Shown here one piece after another: positions 38,602 through 49,450 of a stretch of DNA of 64,000 nt. Origin of the DNA: Candidatus Pacearchaeota archaeon (GTDB taxonomy: Archaea; Nanobdellota; Nanobdellia; Pacearchaeales; GW2011-AR1); NCBI GenBank assembly GCA_041649045.1, contig JBAZNV010000001.1, positions 286,728 through 350,727 on the forward strand. The letters run 5' to 3'. The position numbers and the translations under genes are program-made. How positions within the stretch are numbered: position 1 is the stretch's first letter; every line of letters begins with the position of its first letter. Under the pieces are notes generated by a model. The model worked only from the letters and a program-made list of their open reading frames with translations, ran no database searches and was not told where the DNA came from.

Positions 38602-40035
38602 ATGAGAAAACAAAATATAAAATTTGAATATTTGATTTTAACAATAATATTTATTTTCGCTTTTTTTCTGAGAACTTACGCATTGGGAACCCCACCGCTA
38701 TGGATTGATGAATCGATTTCTGCTGTCGCCAGTCTAAATATTTTAGAAAAAGGGCTTCCTATTTTTGATTCAAATTTGCTATACGATAGAGGATATTTTT
38801 TTCACTATTCTCAGTCTTTTTTCCTCCTTTTCGGACAAACAGATTTTTTTCTGAGATTCGTTTCGGTAATTTTCGGCATGCTCACAATTTTACTTGCTTA
38901 TTTAATAGGGAAAGAATATTCTAAATATGGAGGAATTATTTCTGCTTTATGTATGTCAATTTTCTATCTTGAAGTTTTTTATTCGAGACAGGCAAGATTT
39001 TATCAACTTTTTCAGCTCGCCTTTTTCGTTTCTTTGTATTTTCTTTACAAATCGAGAGAAAACCCCAAATGGCTTTATCTTTCTTTAATAACTTTATTCA
39101 TAACAATCGACAGCCAAATCGCGGGACTTGTGCTCTGCCCGTTTTTTATTGTTCATATTTTAATCTATAATCAAAAATGGCTTTCAATTATTCCATCAAT
39201 CCCCTTAATTAAATATTTTGTAACTTTAATCAATCTACCGTCTGGAACAAAACAAACTGCTATTAGCTATGCAAGCAAATATTTTTCTTTCACGTCCAAT
39301 ATGATTTATATGCTTATTCTCTTCGTTCCCGGAATTATTTGGGCTTTTATTAAAAAGAAAAGATTAACCTTCCTTATTGTCGCTCCATCAATAGTTCTCT
39401 TGATTAGCATTCTCAGCCTAAAAACTTTCGCCTTGAGATACGTTTATTTTTTCGCATTCCCTCTTGTTTTATATACTTCTCTTTTCTTTTCTTTTTTGTA
39501 TGAACGTTATGGAAAATACGTGCTTATCGCAATTGTTTTCGTTTTAATTTTTCCATCAAATTTAATTTTCCCTCACACCGGCATCAATATAATAAAACCA
39601 ATAGACTATAATTTTTATGATTACACTGCCCCGGAAATAAATTTGAAAAACATCCAACCGACGCTTAAAATTGACATAGAAAAAAACATTTTAATAAGTT
39701 ATTTTTCATCGGGGGTTGAATGGTATATAAAAAAACCCGATTTTGTTCTACCATTTTCAATGGATGGCCGCGGAAGTGACCAAATCTCGTATAATAATTC
39801 CGACGGAAATACCGTAGATATTTACAGTGGCTCTCCCATCCTTCAAAGCAGGCCTCTTGAGTCATATTATTTGATCGCTGATATTTTTTCTACAAGTAAA
39901 TTAAGACCAAGTCAAAGAGAAATGCTAAATCTTTTAATAAAAAATTGTTCAATATCTTATGAAAATCAAGACCTAAAAATATACAACTGTAGTAAAAAAT
40001 ATAATCATTCAACAACAATAAAGTTTTTAAACTAA
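38602..40035 (+). CDS. GT-C fold glycosyltransferase (PMT/ArnT-like)
   Basis: LWIDES, LRFVSVIFG and YSRQARFY motifs; many TM helices. Confidence 0.82.
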   Translation: MRKQNIKFEYLILTIIFIFAFFLRTYALGTPPLWIDESISAVASLNILEKGLPIFDSNLLYDRGYFFHYSQSFFLLFGQTDFFLRFVSVIFGMLTILLAYLIGKEYSKYGGIISALCMSIFYLEVFYSRQARFYQLFQLAFFVSLYFLYKSRENPKWLYLSLITLFITIDSQIAGLVLCPFFIVHILIYNQKWLSIIPSIPLIKYFVTLINLPSGTKQTAISYASKYFSFTSNMIYMLILFVPGIIWAFIKKKRLTFLIVAPSIVLLISILSLKTFALRYVYFFAFPLVLYTSLFFSFLYERYGKYVLIAIVFVLIFPSNLIFPHTGINIIKPIDYNFYDYTAPEINLKNIQPTLKIDIEKNILISYFSSGVEWYIKKPDFVLPFSMDGRGSDQISYNNSDGNTVDIYSGSPILQSRPLESYYLIADIFSTSKLRPSQREMLNLLIKNCSISYENQDLKIYNCSKKYNHSTTIKFLN

Positions 40036-40052
40036 TTAGTTCATAAATTGAC

Positions 40053-40481
40053 ATGAAAAAAGTTTTAATCGTACCAATTCTGGCTTTACTTATTTTGCCT
40101 GGTTTTGTTCTTGCAGAGCTTGACGACAAACCAACGGTTGTCAGTGGAATAATTTATAATCAAGATAACACTGGGGTTGTCTCTGGGGCAACTATATACA
40201 TTACCTGCAATTCTGTTACTCGTTCAGCAATTAGTGACTCTGATGGTGCGTACGCCGTAGTATTTGCAACTTCTGATAATTGTGATGATGGTGATAATGT
40301 TATAGTAACTGCCTTAAAAGATGATTTATCGGGTACAGATAATGGTAGAGTACACGATTTCGGACTTGTTGTAAATGTTGCTGTTGTTGATGTTTTTATG
40401 ACACCGGAATTTGGGCTTGTTATGGGTTTGCTTACGTTAGTAGGTGCAGTTGGAATTTTCTTTGTGGTTAAAAGAAATTAA
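40053..40481 (+). CDS. Secreted beta-sandwich protein with a PEF-CTERM-like archaeosortase sorting signal
   Basis: Signal peptide; C-terminal TPEFG, hydrophobic helix and KRN. Confidence 0.75.
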   Translation: MKKVLIVPILALLILPGFVLAELDDKPTVVSGIIYNQDNTGVVSGATIYITCNSVTRSAISDSDGAYAVVFATSDNCDDGDNVIVTALKDDLSGTDNGRVHDFGLVVNVAVVDVFMTPEFGLVMGLLTLVGAVGIFFVVKRN

Positions 40482-40530
40482 TTTTGTTTAATTCAATAAC
40501 ATTTTTATATCCTTTCTATTTATTTATTTT

Positions 40531-41910
40531 ATGGCAGAAAAATCATACCCAATAAAAATAGGACTGGAAATTCACGGTTATCTTAATACTGCTGAAAAAC
40601 TTTTTTGTAAATGCGCCGTAAGTGAAGATGGCTCGCCGAACACACATATCTGCCCAATCTGTATCGGGCAACCCGGTTCAAAACCCATGGCTCCAAATCA
40701 ATCAGCTGTTGAAAAATTAATTCAGATAGCTTCAATTCTTGATTCCAAGATAAATGGAAAATTAATGTGGCAAAGAAAACATTATAATTGGGCAGACTTG
40801 CCAAAAGGATATCAAAATACAATTTCGGGATCTCACGTGACTCCTTGCGCCATTGGGGGCAGTTTTAAGGGAATAAAAATAACTGAAAGTCATCTCGAAG
40901 AGGATCCTGCACAATGGAATCCAGAAACCGGTGGAATAAATTACAACCGAAGCGGGCTGCCTCTTATTGAAATTGTAACGGAACCAGAATTTTTTTCGGC
41001 AGAACAAGTTACTCAATGGCTGAAAGAATTAATTTTATCATTGTCTTACATTAAAGCGATTCGAAAAAATGCCGGAATCAAAGTCGACGTGAATGTCTCA
41101 ACTTATGGCGAAAGAGTAGAAATGAAAAACCTGAATTCTTTAGAAAAAATAAGAAAAGCCATAGAGTATGAAGTAGAAAGGCAGATAGAAAACTATTCGC
41201 AGGGAATTATCCAAAAAAGGGAAACCTTGGCATTTGACGAGAAACTTGGGAAAACAATTAAAATGAGAGAAAAAGAAGGTGCCGCAGATTATCGTTTTAT
41301 TCCAGATCCAGATTTACCTATTTTGAAAATTGATAAAAAATTAGTGAATAGGATAAAAAGAGAACTACCTGAAATGCCTGAAGAGAAACTCGAAAAACTT
41401 CTTTCGAAATTTAAAATTGAGAAGAAAGACGCAGAAATTCTTACTAAAAACTTAGAACTTGTCGAATTTTTTGAAGAACTTGCGGAAGAAGGAATTGATG
41501 TAAAAAAGAATTTATCTTGGATAACAATTGAATTACTCCGAGTTTTAAATTACAATAAAAAAACCTTGGAAGATGAAGATGTTGAAATAAAATCAAAACA
41601 TGTTGCCGAGTTGATAAGAATGGTAAGTGAAGGAAAAATAACGGTTCTCAAGGGAAAGCAAATAATGAACGATTTTGTCCCGAAAAGTTTTTCTATAAGC
41701 GAGAAAGGCGATGTTGAAAAAATTGCCGACGATGCTATCGAAAATTTATGCAAACAGGTAATCGATGAAAATCAAAACGTTGTTGACGAATATAAATCAG
41801 GCAAAGAAGCAAGTTTGAATTTCTTGATTGGACAGGTTATGCGACTTTCAGAAAGACGAGCTGATTTTAGGACGACGAAGGAAAAATTAGTAGGGCTGAT
41901 AGGGAAATAA
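40531..41910 (+). CDS. gatB: Asp/Glu-tRNA amidotransferase subunit B
   Basis: IGLEIHGYL...KLFC, HLEED, NRSGLPLIEIVTEP, DYRFIPDPDLP and FLIGQVMR motifs. Confidence 0.93.
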   Translation: MAEKSYPIKIGLEIHGYLNTAEKLFCKCAVSEDGSPNTHICPICIGQPGSKPMAPNQSAVEKLIQIASILDSKINGKLMWQRKHYNWADLPKGYQNTISGSHVTPCAIGGSFKGIKITESHLEEDPAQWNPETGGINYNRSGLPLIEIVTEPEFFSAEQVTQWLKELILSLSYIKAIRKNAGIKVDVNVSTYGERVEMKNLNSLEKIRKAIEYEVERQIENYSQGIIQKRETLAFDEKLGKTIKMREKEGAADYRFIPDPDLPILKIDKKLVNRIKRELPEMPEEKLEKLLSKFKIEKKDAEILTKNLELVEFFEELAEEGIDVKKNLSWITIELLRVLNYNKKTLEDEDVEIKSKHVAELIRMVSEGKITVLKGKQIMNDFVPKSFSISEKGDVEKIADDAIENLCKQVIDENQNVVDEYKSGKEASLNFLIGQVMRLSERRADFRTTKEKLVGLIGK

Positions 41911-41974
41911 GCCCGATGTCATATATTTTTTACAAAAACGAAAAGTTTAAATAGTAATATATTTTTTACATTGT

Positions 41975-42355
41975 ATGGAATACAGAAAATTCATGATTTA
42001 TCGCGTATTGATTGTTGTTATTCTGGCAATGATAGTTTCGACTTTTGTTTCTATAGGAAATTATATTATTCCTCTGGTTGTTTTTATCTTGGCAATAATT
42101 ACTATGTTTACACTCAAGAAAAAAATTATTGAAAAATTAACCGATGAAAGAATTGACAAAATTGCCGGGAAGGCGTCAAGAATAACGATGACTGTTTCGG
42201 TGTTAGCAATGGTACTTATTGGGATAGTTTTGATTGCGTTACGAGAAAGTTATCCGGAGTATTTAATTGTCGGAAATGTACTTGCTTATTTTGCTTGTGG
42301 CATACTTATTTTTTATTCAATTTTATTTAAGATTTTTTTAAAGATGAAAATATGA
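41975..42355 (+). CDS. DUF2178-like membrane protein
   Basis: [16 protein letters not shown] motif between TM pairs; coupled to an HTH gene. Confidence 0.75.
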   Translation: MEYRKFMIYRVLIVVILAMIVSTFVSIGNYIIPLVVFILAIITMFTLKKKIIEKLTDERIDKIAGKASRITMTVSVLAMVLIGIVLIALRESYPEYLIVGNVLAYFACGILIFYSILFKIFLKMKI

Positions 42356-42546
42356 AAACAAAAATTAAAGAGTTAAGAAAAAAACTCGGGATTACTCAGG
42401 AAGATTTGGCGAATGTCGTTGAAGTTACGAGGCAGACGATAATTTCACTTGAAGCAGGAAAATACAACCCATCGCTTGAACTTGCATTTAAAATAACAAA
42501 AGCCTTAAAGAAAAAAAGAGTTGAAGAAGTGTTTGAGATGAGTTAA
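42352..42546 (+). CDS. XRE-family HTH transcriptional regulator
   Basis: [34 protein letters not shown]. Confidence 0.92.
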   Translation: MKTKIKELRKKLGITQEDLANVVEVTRQTIISLEAGKYNPSLELAFKITKALKKKRVEEVFEMS

Positions 42547-42875
42547 TGGAAAAGAATAAAGTCAACCAAACTTTCTATAATTGCGGGTCTTGTTTCTCTT
42601 ACTGCTTCTTGATAAACCTTGCCATCATACTCAATTCTATAAGTTTCAACTGAAGTCCAATCAAAATCCTTAGAGCCATCGTGTTTTTTAGCTCGGTTTA
42701 TATCTTTATTATTTACCAAGAAATCTTTCCCGAACAGCTGTTGTCTAGAATATTTTTTATCTGGCCCAATTTCATTCACTGAAATTTTATTCACATCTTC
42801 TGATTTTCGTTTCCCAGTTACATATCCTGTTTTCATATGATATTCTGGTATTGTGGGTTTTACTTTCTTGCTCAT
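42543..42875 (-). CDS. Hypothetical protein
   Basis: 110 aa ORF; no motif recognised. Confidence 0.55.
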   Translation of the reverse strand: MSKKVKPTIPEYHMKTGYVTGKRKSEDVNKISVNEIGPDKKYSRQQLFGKDFLVNNKDINRAKKHDGSKDFDWTSVETYRIEYDGKVYQEAVRETRPAIIESLVDFILFH

Positions 42876-42938
42876 TGTAATTTAGGAAAATATAATTTTT
42901 AATATATATCTTACGATGGTTATTCTTTAATATCTAAA

Positions 42939-43400
42939 TTAAATGCCACCTCTCCCCGTTCTGGCTTGAGTCCATGGCTTATTGGTTTTTTGTTTAACAG
43001 TTTGTTCTAATTGTGAAAATTGATTCCTTTCTTTTATTTCTTCTTTTGTTTTTTTATACAATTCATAACCTGCAGAGGCAAGGTTGGTTGTGACAGGAAT
43101 TAATAATGATTCGGGATGATCATGAGTTATTAGATATGAGTATAAATATATTTCTCCAAAAGTAGTAAGAACTCCTGCAATAAATCCAAAAGAATAACCA
43201 AAAAGCATTTCGTCGCTTGGAACTTTTTCGACTCTTTTTATTTTTTCGATACATTCTTTAACTACTCTTCTTGTTGTAGGCGTGACGTATGGCGCTAAAA
43301 ATAATCCGACTTCCGCTTTACAAAATCCATTTAAAAAAGCTCCAGTTTGGCGACCCATTTCGTTCACTATTGCTCTATAATTATTATTATTTTCTGCCAT
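42939..43400 (-). CDS. Hypothetical membrane-associated protein
   Basis: 153 aa ORF with hydrophobic segments. Confidence 0.55.
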   Translation of the reverse strand: MAENNNNYRAIVNEMGRQTGAFLNGFCKAEVGLFLAPYVTPTTRRVVKECIEKIKRVEKVPSDEMLFGYSFGFIAGVLTTFGEIYLYSYLITHDHPESLLIPVTTNLASAGYELYKKTKEEIKERNQFSQLEQTVKQKTNKPWTQARTGRGGI

Positions 43401-43523
43401 AATTTTTCATTCTTTTGTTCTTTAAAAACTTTATCTTCAAAAGTTACTACTAATAATTGATATTTTCGCCTTTTTTCTTATATAAAAATAAAAAAATTAA
43501 ATTAATATTCTGCTTAACAGAAT

Positions 43524-43871
43524 TTAGTATCTGCCTCGACCGCCACCAAATCCGCCGCCTCTGTTACCGCCACCAAATCCGCCTCGGTTTCCACCGAAAC
43601 TTCGTCTTGGTCTGTCGTCACTCGAACGAGCTTCCATTGGTTTTGCTTCAGAAACTTTAAGTTTTCGACCATCGACTTCTTTATCATTAAACTCTGAAAT
43701 AGCTTTTTGAGCTTCATTGTCATCTGAAATTGTTACGAAACCGAAACCTTTTGATCTGCCAGAAAATTTGTCTTTGATAAGACTAACTTCATCAACTGTA
43801 AATGAAGAAAACAAATCTTTCAATCCATTCTCATCAATACTCCAAGGCAAGTTACCTACGTATATCTTCAT
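43524..43871 (-). CDS. RRM RNA-binding protein with Gly/Arg-rich tail
   Basis: RNP2 IYVGNL, RNP1 KGFGFVTI and RGGFGG repeats; GGAGG RBS. Confidence 0.93.
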   Translation of the reverse strand: MKIYVGNLPWSIDENGLKDLFSSFTVDEVSLIKDKFSGRSKGFGFVTISDDNEAQKAISEFNDKEVDGRKLKVSEAKPMEARSSDDRPRRSFGGNRGGFGGGNRGGGFGGGRGRY

Positions 43872-44010
43872 TTTTCCTCCTGAACCTTTAGCTAAGAATA
43901 CCAGTAATTTTGGGTATTTAAGGCTAATGGTAATTGGTTCTGCAAATTATACAAAATACGAAACAAATCAAATAACAAACACTTTTAAACAATAATTTCT
44001 TTTCTAAAAG

Positions 44011-44775
44011 ATGAAAAAGAGGGGTCCCATTATAGCTTTAGCACAAATAAAATACTATGAGAAATCAAATAACAACCTGGCAAAGATAAAAAAATATATT
44101 CGACTGGCCAAGAAAAAAAACGCCGACATAATTTGCTTTCCTGAATCATGTGTTCATAAAAACGAGGTATTGCATTTTGGTCATCATTTAATTTTGGAAA
44201 TACGAGAAGAATGCAAAAAAAATTCCATTTGGGCAATTATCAGTGAAGATTTTATGGTCAAAGGAAAACATTACAACGCAGCAATCTTGATTGACAGAAA
44301 AGGGGAGATTGTTGGTTTTTATAAGAAAATTCATCTTTATGACGAAGAGGGATTATCATCCGGGAAAAGAATCGGCGTTTTTAAAACTGATTTTGCGAAA
44401 ATTGGGATTGCAATTTGTTGGGATTTAAAATTCGGGAAACTATTCAGAAGAATGCAAAAAAAAGGTGCACAAATTATTTTCTGCCCGGCACAATGGATGT
44501 ATGAACTTCACGCTCATCATGCAAGAAAATATTCTGAAAAACTCAAGAAAAAAGAAATAGAATTGCTAAAGTCGCTCATTTCTGCACGAGCTTTTGAAAA
44601 TTTAAATTTTGTAGGACTCTGCAATCCTGTCCTAGATTCAGAAGATCAGGTTTCTTACACGGCAATAGCATCTCCACACAAAATACTCAAAGAAATAACA
44701 AATAAAGAGGGGCTGATTGTTTCTGAAATAAATCTTGACGAAATAAAAAAATTAAAAAAACTCTATCCGAACTAA
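44011..44775 (+). CDS. Carbon-nitrogen hydrolase (nitrilase superfamily)
   Basis: Glu-Lys-Cys triad motifs CFPE, YKKIHL and ICWD. Confidence 0.9.
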   Translation: MKKRGPIIALAQIKYYEKSNNNLAKIKKYIRLAKKKNADIICFPESCVHKNEVLHFGHHLILEIREECKKNSIWAIISEDFMVKGKHYNAAILIDRKGEIVGFYKKIHLYDEEGLSSGKRIGVFKTDFAKIGIAICWDLKFGKLFRRMQKKGAQIIFCPAQWMYELHAHHARKYSEKLKKKEIELLKSLISARAFENLNFVGLCNPVLDSEDQVSYTAIASPHKILKEITNKEGLIVSEINLDEIKKLKKLYPN

Positions 44776-44776
44776 A

Positions 44777-45670
44777 TTATCTCATGGATATTTTTGGAAA
44801 AACTTCCTGAGGTTTTTTATGAGACTTTTTTATTTCTTTTTTCAAAAAATCTAAGATTTTCCCGATCAACTTTTCTCTTTCATTTTCAAAAAAATCCAGT
44901 CCCGGCTGAGAATTTATTTCTAACACTACCCATTCATCTCCTTTTTTAAGCAAATCGATTCCGCAAATTTTTATTTTTGAAATTTCATGAATTTTTTTTA
45001 GAATTTTTTTTAATTTTTTATCAACTTTAAATTTTTTAAAATTTTTTTCATAAACTCCAGTTGATTTCCATCCGTTATTTTTTTTAATTACCGTCTGGAC
45101 AACCTTACCGTCGATTAAAGTAACCCTGTAACTTGGCGAACGAATTAATTCCTGGGCTATTATTGGCAATTTTTCTTTTCCATTTTCCCAAAATCTTATT
45201 ATAATTTTTTCTGCCTCGTTGACATTTTCTGCTTTTTCAACATATTCTCCGCAACTTCCTTCAATCCTTTTAATAACTAATGGCCAGCAGTCCATTTCTT
45301 TTAATTCTTTTTTCGCTACACTTAAATTTTCAGACAAAAGAATTGTTTTCGGAACAGGTATTTTATTTTTTTCGCATTGTACAAAAAAAAGCCATTTGTC
45401 CTCTTCAAAATAAAAATTTCTCGGATCATCTATGACTTTTCCTCCGAGAGCATCAATTGTCTTGGCAATCTCAAGAGAAAATTGTTCCGCACTATTATTT
45501 AAAAAAATATCACACTGCTCGATTTTTTCTTGAAGAGAGTTCTCTCCCAAATCCTTGGAAGTATTGATCATTAATAACTTTATTTTCTTTTTTTTTGCAA
45601 CCTTCTGAAAAATTAACTCATCTTTTCTCAAATATGGCTCATTAAAAATATAGCCTATCACCTCATTCAT
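44777..45670 (-). CDS. RimK-like ATP-grasp ligase
   Basis: DKW...IPVPKT, PLVIK, IAQELI and GIDLL...VLEINSQPG motifs. Confidence 0.85.
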   Translation of the reverse strand: MNEVIGYIFNEPYLRKDELIFQKVAKKKKIKLLMINTSKDLGENSLQEKIEQCDIFLNNSAEQFSLEIAKTIDALGGKVIDDPRNFYFEEDKWLFFVQCEKNKIPVPKTILLSENLSVAKKELKEMDCWPLVIKRIEGSCGEYVEKAENVNEAEKIIIRFWENGKEKLPIIAQELIRSPSYRVTLIDGKVVQTVIKKNNGWKSTGVYEKNFKKFKVDKKLKKILKKIHEISKIKICGIDLLKKGDEWVVLEINSQPGLDFFENEREKLIGKILDFLKKEIKKSHKKPQEVFPKISMR

Positions 45671-45743
45671 ATAATTGCAGACTTTTTTGATATATAAACA
45701 TTTTTAAAATTTTTTTCACAATAATTCATAGAATTTAAATGAT

Positions 45744-48700
45744 TTACTCCCAATAAATTCCTGCTTTTCCCGGCTTGGCTCTTTTTGAATGATTTTCAGG
45801 GTCGTGTTTTTCTGAATCATTTACTGCGTATACCTTGACATTTTTTCCAAGCTCTTTTGAAATTTTTTTTGCGTCCACTTGAGCTATTTCGAATGGCATT
45901 ATGTAAACAAAAACCTCCCTTGGGGTTTCATTCGTTTTTCCAAGCTGATACCTTATATCTTCAATTATTTTTTTATTTAAATCTTCTTTGGATTCTTTTT
46001 GTTTAATTTTTATTTCAGCTGGTTTTGGCCATTCGCTATTTGAAATGAAATTTTTATTTCCGAGTTTTGACCAAAGTTCTTCGGTGATGTGAGGGCAGAT
46101 TGGATTTAGAATTTCTAAAAACTTCTCAAGCGAATCTTTAGATGCCCCATTCTTCTCAATCAAATCAAAAAGCTCGCGGATTTCTATTGTCGCTTTTCTG
46201 TATTCAAAATTTTCATAGTATATCGTTATGTTTTTTATTGTTTTGTTTAATTTTATTTTTAATTCATTTGAATCTTCTATGAATTTTAAATTTTCAAAAT
46301 AACCGAACAATCTTTTTACAAATCTCATACTTCCATTAATACCATTTTCATCCCAGTCTATATCTTTATCAGGCGAAGCAAGTCCTGACATGAAAAACCT
46401 CGCAGTATCAATACCATATTTGTCAGAAACAACTTCGGGCAACACGACATTTCCCTTAGATTTTGACATTTTTTCTCCGCCTTCTGCTCTTAACATTCCC
46501 TGATGGAAAAGTCTTTTCGCGGGTTCTCTGAAATCTATCAATCCCAAATCAGCGAGGAATTTTGTATAAAATCTTACATAAATTAAATGCATGCAAGCGT
46601 GTTCCGCGCCGCCGATGTAAGTATCAATTGGACACCAGTATTTTACTTTGTCGCTGTCAAATATTTTTTTATTATTTTTCGGGTCGCAATATCTCATAAA
46701 ATACCACGACGAATTTACGAAGGTATCCATCGTATCAGTCTCTCTCTTTGCATCGCCGCCACATTTAGGACATTTTGCATTTACCCATTTTTCATTTGTT
46801 TCAAGCGGGTTTCCTTTGCCGAATTTTACATCTTTTGGAAGTTCAATTGGCAAATCTTTTTCTGGGACAGGAACGACACCACACTTTTCGCAATGAATAA
46901 CAGGAATCGGAGTTCCCCAATATCTCTGACGAGAAATAAGCCAATCACGAAGACGGAAATTCACAACTTTTCGGGCAACACCTTTGGAAATAAGCCAATC
47001 AGGAATTTTTACTAAGGCTTCTTCGGTTGGTATACCATTAAAAGAAATTTCATTAGTTTCGCTATCGACTAACTCTCCTGCACCAGTATAGGCTTCTTTT
47101 TTATTGTAAATTTGGTCCGCGACTAATTCATCTTTTGGGGCAGGTGGTGCAATCACCTGATTTATAGGTATACCATACTTTTTAGCAAACTCGAAATCTC
47201 TCTGATCGTGAGCAGGAACCGCCATGACCATTCCACTACCATAATCTGCTACAACAAAATTTCCTGCATAGACCGGAACCTTCTCTCCCGTCGCTGGATT
47301 GATCGCATACGAACCTGTAAAAACGCCTTCCTTATCCAAATCCTCAACTTCTTTCATCGTCTTCTGCGAAACGCCGCCAATCTTTTTCAAAAAAGCATCA
47401 ACATCTTTCTTCTGTTCTTTTGTCACAAGTTCGTTTAATCTTGTATGCTGCGCCGACACAACCACAAAAGTCACACCAAAAATCGTGTCCGGTCTTGTCG
47501 TAAAGATCGACCAAGGTTTTTTCGACAAACAAGCTTGTAAAATTTCGGGTTCTTCAATCGAATTAAAATGAGGAGATTTTGCAATAGTTGTAATAAGCTT
47601 TGCAGAAAGTTTATCGGCGATCTCTCTTCCCATTTCAACTCTTAGAAGGTGATCTTTTTCGTCTATCAAAACTATAATTTCCTCTGCATGTTTTTTAACT
47701 TCTTCAAAATTAAATTTCCAATCACAACAGTTATCAATTGCAGGTCTACTTTTTCCATCTTTTGCTTTGCTCATAGAAGGAGTTGCAACTAAGATTAATT
47801 TCTTTATTTTCGTTTTTAGTTTAGACAATAATTTAAGGGCAAGGACTCCGCCTAAAGAGTGAGTTACTATTATGGATCTTTCATTAAAGTTATATTTTTT
47901 TATAACAAATTCAACTTGTTCTTCAATATTCGGTTCAGAAGGATTGGGAAGATCAGGTGCAAAGCAAACCTTACCTCCGTTTTCTTCTATTTTTTTTGTA
48001 AGCCATGGCCAAAAAACACTTTTTGAGTTATCCTTATATGCATGAAAAAAAACAAATTCTGAATTTTTTATCTCTTCAGGGTTAACAATTTCAAACTCAA
48101 TTTCCGTTCCGTGACTTTTTCCAATCCAGTTTTTTTGCATAGCTTTCGTTCGTGCGGGCCAGTTCAAATTATCAATTTCTTCGTAAAGCTCGTCGGCGTA
48201 ATCTGTGATTTTCAAATACCACTGTTTGAGGTGTTTTATTTCAACGTCTGTCTTGTCGTGAATCCAGCATTTCCCATTAACGACTTGTTCATTGGCGAGC
48301 ACGCTTTCGCATTTTGGACACCAATTTACAGCCGAAGTTTTTTGATAAGCCAAACCCTTTTCAAACATTTTCAAAAAAATCCACTGGTCCCATCTATAAA
48401 AAAATGGATCCGCTGAAGAAAGTGTTCTGGACCAATCATAAGAAAGTCCGATTGCCTTTTGTTGTTTAACGAAATTAGTGATTGATTTGTCGGTATAATC
48501 TTTTGGATGAATACCAACCTTTATTGCCGCATTTTCTGCCGGCAGACCCAATGCGTCATATCCCATCGGATGAAGAACGTTGTAGCCGTTCATGATTTTG
48601 AATCTTGCGATAATGTCGCCAATCGTATAATTCCATGCGTGCCCCATGTGAAGCCCGGACCCCGACGGATAAGGGAACATCTCAAGAACGTAATATTTCG

Positions 48701-48794
48701 GTTTCTTACTTTTTTCGCTTACCTCAAAAATTTTCTCTCTTTCCCATGCATCCTGCCATTTCTTTTCGATCTCTTTGAAGTTTATTTCGGTCAT
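45744..48794 (-). CDS. leuS: Leucyl-tRNA synthetase (bacterial type) with an inserted alpha/beta-hydrolase domain
   Basis: LEMFPYPSG...HMGH, MQKNWIGKS, FTTRPDT, DWLISRQRYWG and KMSKS motifs. Confidence 0.95.
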   Translation of the reverse strand: MTEINFKEIEKKWQDAWEREKIFEVSEKSKKPKYYVLEMFPYPSGSGLHMGHAWNYTIGDIIARFKIMNGYNVLHPMGYDALGLPAENAAIKVGIHPKDYTDKSITNFVKQQKAIGLSYDWSRTLSSADPFFYRWDQWIFLKMFEKGLAYQKTSAVNWCPKCESVLANEQVVNGKCWIHDKTDVEIKHLKQWYLKITDYADELYEEIDNLNWPARTKAMQKNWIGKSHGTEIEFEIVNPEEIKNSEFVFFHAYKDNSKSVFWPWLTKKIEENGGKVCFAPDLPNPSEPNIEEQVEFVIKKYNFNERSIIVTHSLGGVLALKLLSKLKTKIKKLILVATPSMSKAKDGKSRPAIDNCCDWKFNFEEVKKHAEEIIVLIDEKDHLLRVEMGREIADKLSAKLITTIAKSPHFNSIEEPEILQACLSKKPWSIFTTRPDTIFGVTFVVVSAQHTRLNELVTKEQKKDVDAFLKKIGGVSQKTMKEVEDLDKEGVFTGSYAINPATGEKVPVYAGNFVVADYGSGMVMAVPAHDQRDFEFAKKYGIPINQVIAPPAPKDELVADQIYNKKEAYTGAGELVDSETNEISFNGIPTEEALVKIPDWLISKGVARKVVNFRLRDWLISRQRYWGTPIPVIHCEKCGVVPVPEKDLPIELPKDVKFGKGNPLETNEKWVNAKCPKCGGDAKRETDTMDTFVNSSWYFMRYCDPKNNKKIFDSDKVKYWCPIDTYIGGAEHACMHLIYVRFYTKFLADLGLIDFREPAKRLFHQGMLRAEGGEKMSKSKGNVVLPEVVSDKYGIDTARFFMSGLASPDKDIDWDENGINGSMRFVKRLFGYFENLKFIEDSNELKIKLNKTIKNITIYYENFEYRKATIEIRELFDLIEKNGASKDSLEKFLEILNPICPHITEELWSKLGNKNFISNSEWPKPAEIKIKQKESKEDLNKKIIEDIRYQLGKTNETPREVFVYIMPFEIAQVDAKKISKELGKNVKVYAVNDSEKHDPENHSKRAKPGKAGIYWE

Positions 48795-49447
48795 ACTCCT
48801 TGTTCCTCGATTTTTTTTCTTAGAAAATCTAATTCATCATATTGTTCTTTAAATGGAACGAATACGCCAATTTGATATTCTATTATCGGGGAACCTTGCG
48901 GAAAATTTCTAAATCCAATCGCATGAGGGTTCCCAAAATTTATAGAATTATCAAATGTAAAATCAAATCTTCTATGGGGTAAACTTTTATCGCCTCTTTC
49001 TAATCTACGCAAATATTCCTGTTGAGAAAGAGTCAATCTTTTGTAGCCATGAGTTATAATCGGGTTTTCCCCTATGCTCACAGCTTCTAAACTTGTCAAT
49101 CCTGGGAACCATTCTCCATCTACATTCGAACCAATTGCTACATATAATTCTGCTTCTCCAACCTTTTTTCTCGGCGTCCACTTAGAATCAATTTCACTAA
49201 TAACATAATCATCGTTGTTTCCAGTAGCATCATCTGGACTAAAAAGAATAGCAACAGCTTCTCCTGCTCCCTGAGTTCTTTTGGAGCAAAATAACCTAAA
49301 ATCCATTCTGGCAGTATAACCCTTTTCGGGAGTTTCTTGAAATATTCCTAAAGAGGCGATTGACCAAAGATAATCCAACTCCCTAGATAAATTATTAAAT
49401 CTTTCAACGACTCTTCTGCTTGCCTGTTCATAATCTATTTCTTCCAT
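48791..49447 (-). CDS. Hypothetical protein
   Basis: 218 aa ORF whose stop overlaps the leuS start. Confidence 0.6.
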   Translation of the reverse strand: MEEIDYEQASRRVVERFNNLSRELDYLWSIASLGIFQETPEKGYTARMDFRLFCSKRTQGAGEAVAILFSPDDATGNNDDYVISEIDSKWTPRKKVGEAELYVAIGSNVDGEWFPGLTSLEAVSIGENPIITHGYKRLTLSQQEYLRRLERGDKSLPHRRFDFTFDNSINFGNPHAIGFRNFPQGSPIIEYQIGVFVPFKEQYDELDFLRKKIEEQGV

Positions 49448-49450
49448 ATT

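Noticed and set aside
43530..43600. CCGCCACCAAATCCGCC repeats
   Set aside because: They are the coding RGGFGG tail of the RRM protein.
47520..48080. Intein in LeuRS
   Set aside because: No intein terminal motif (C/S...HN followed by C/S/T) or LAGLIDADG motif; the insert has hydrolase motifs instead.
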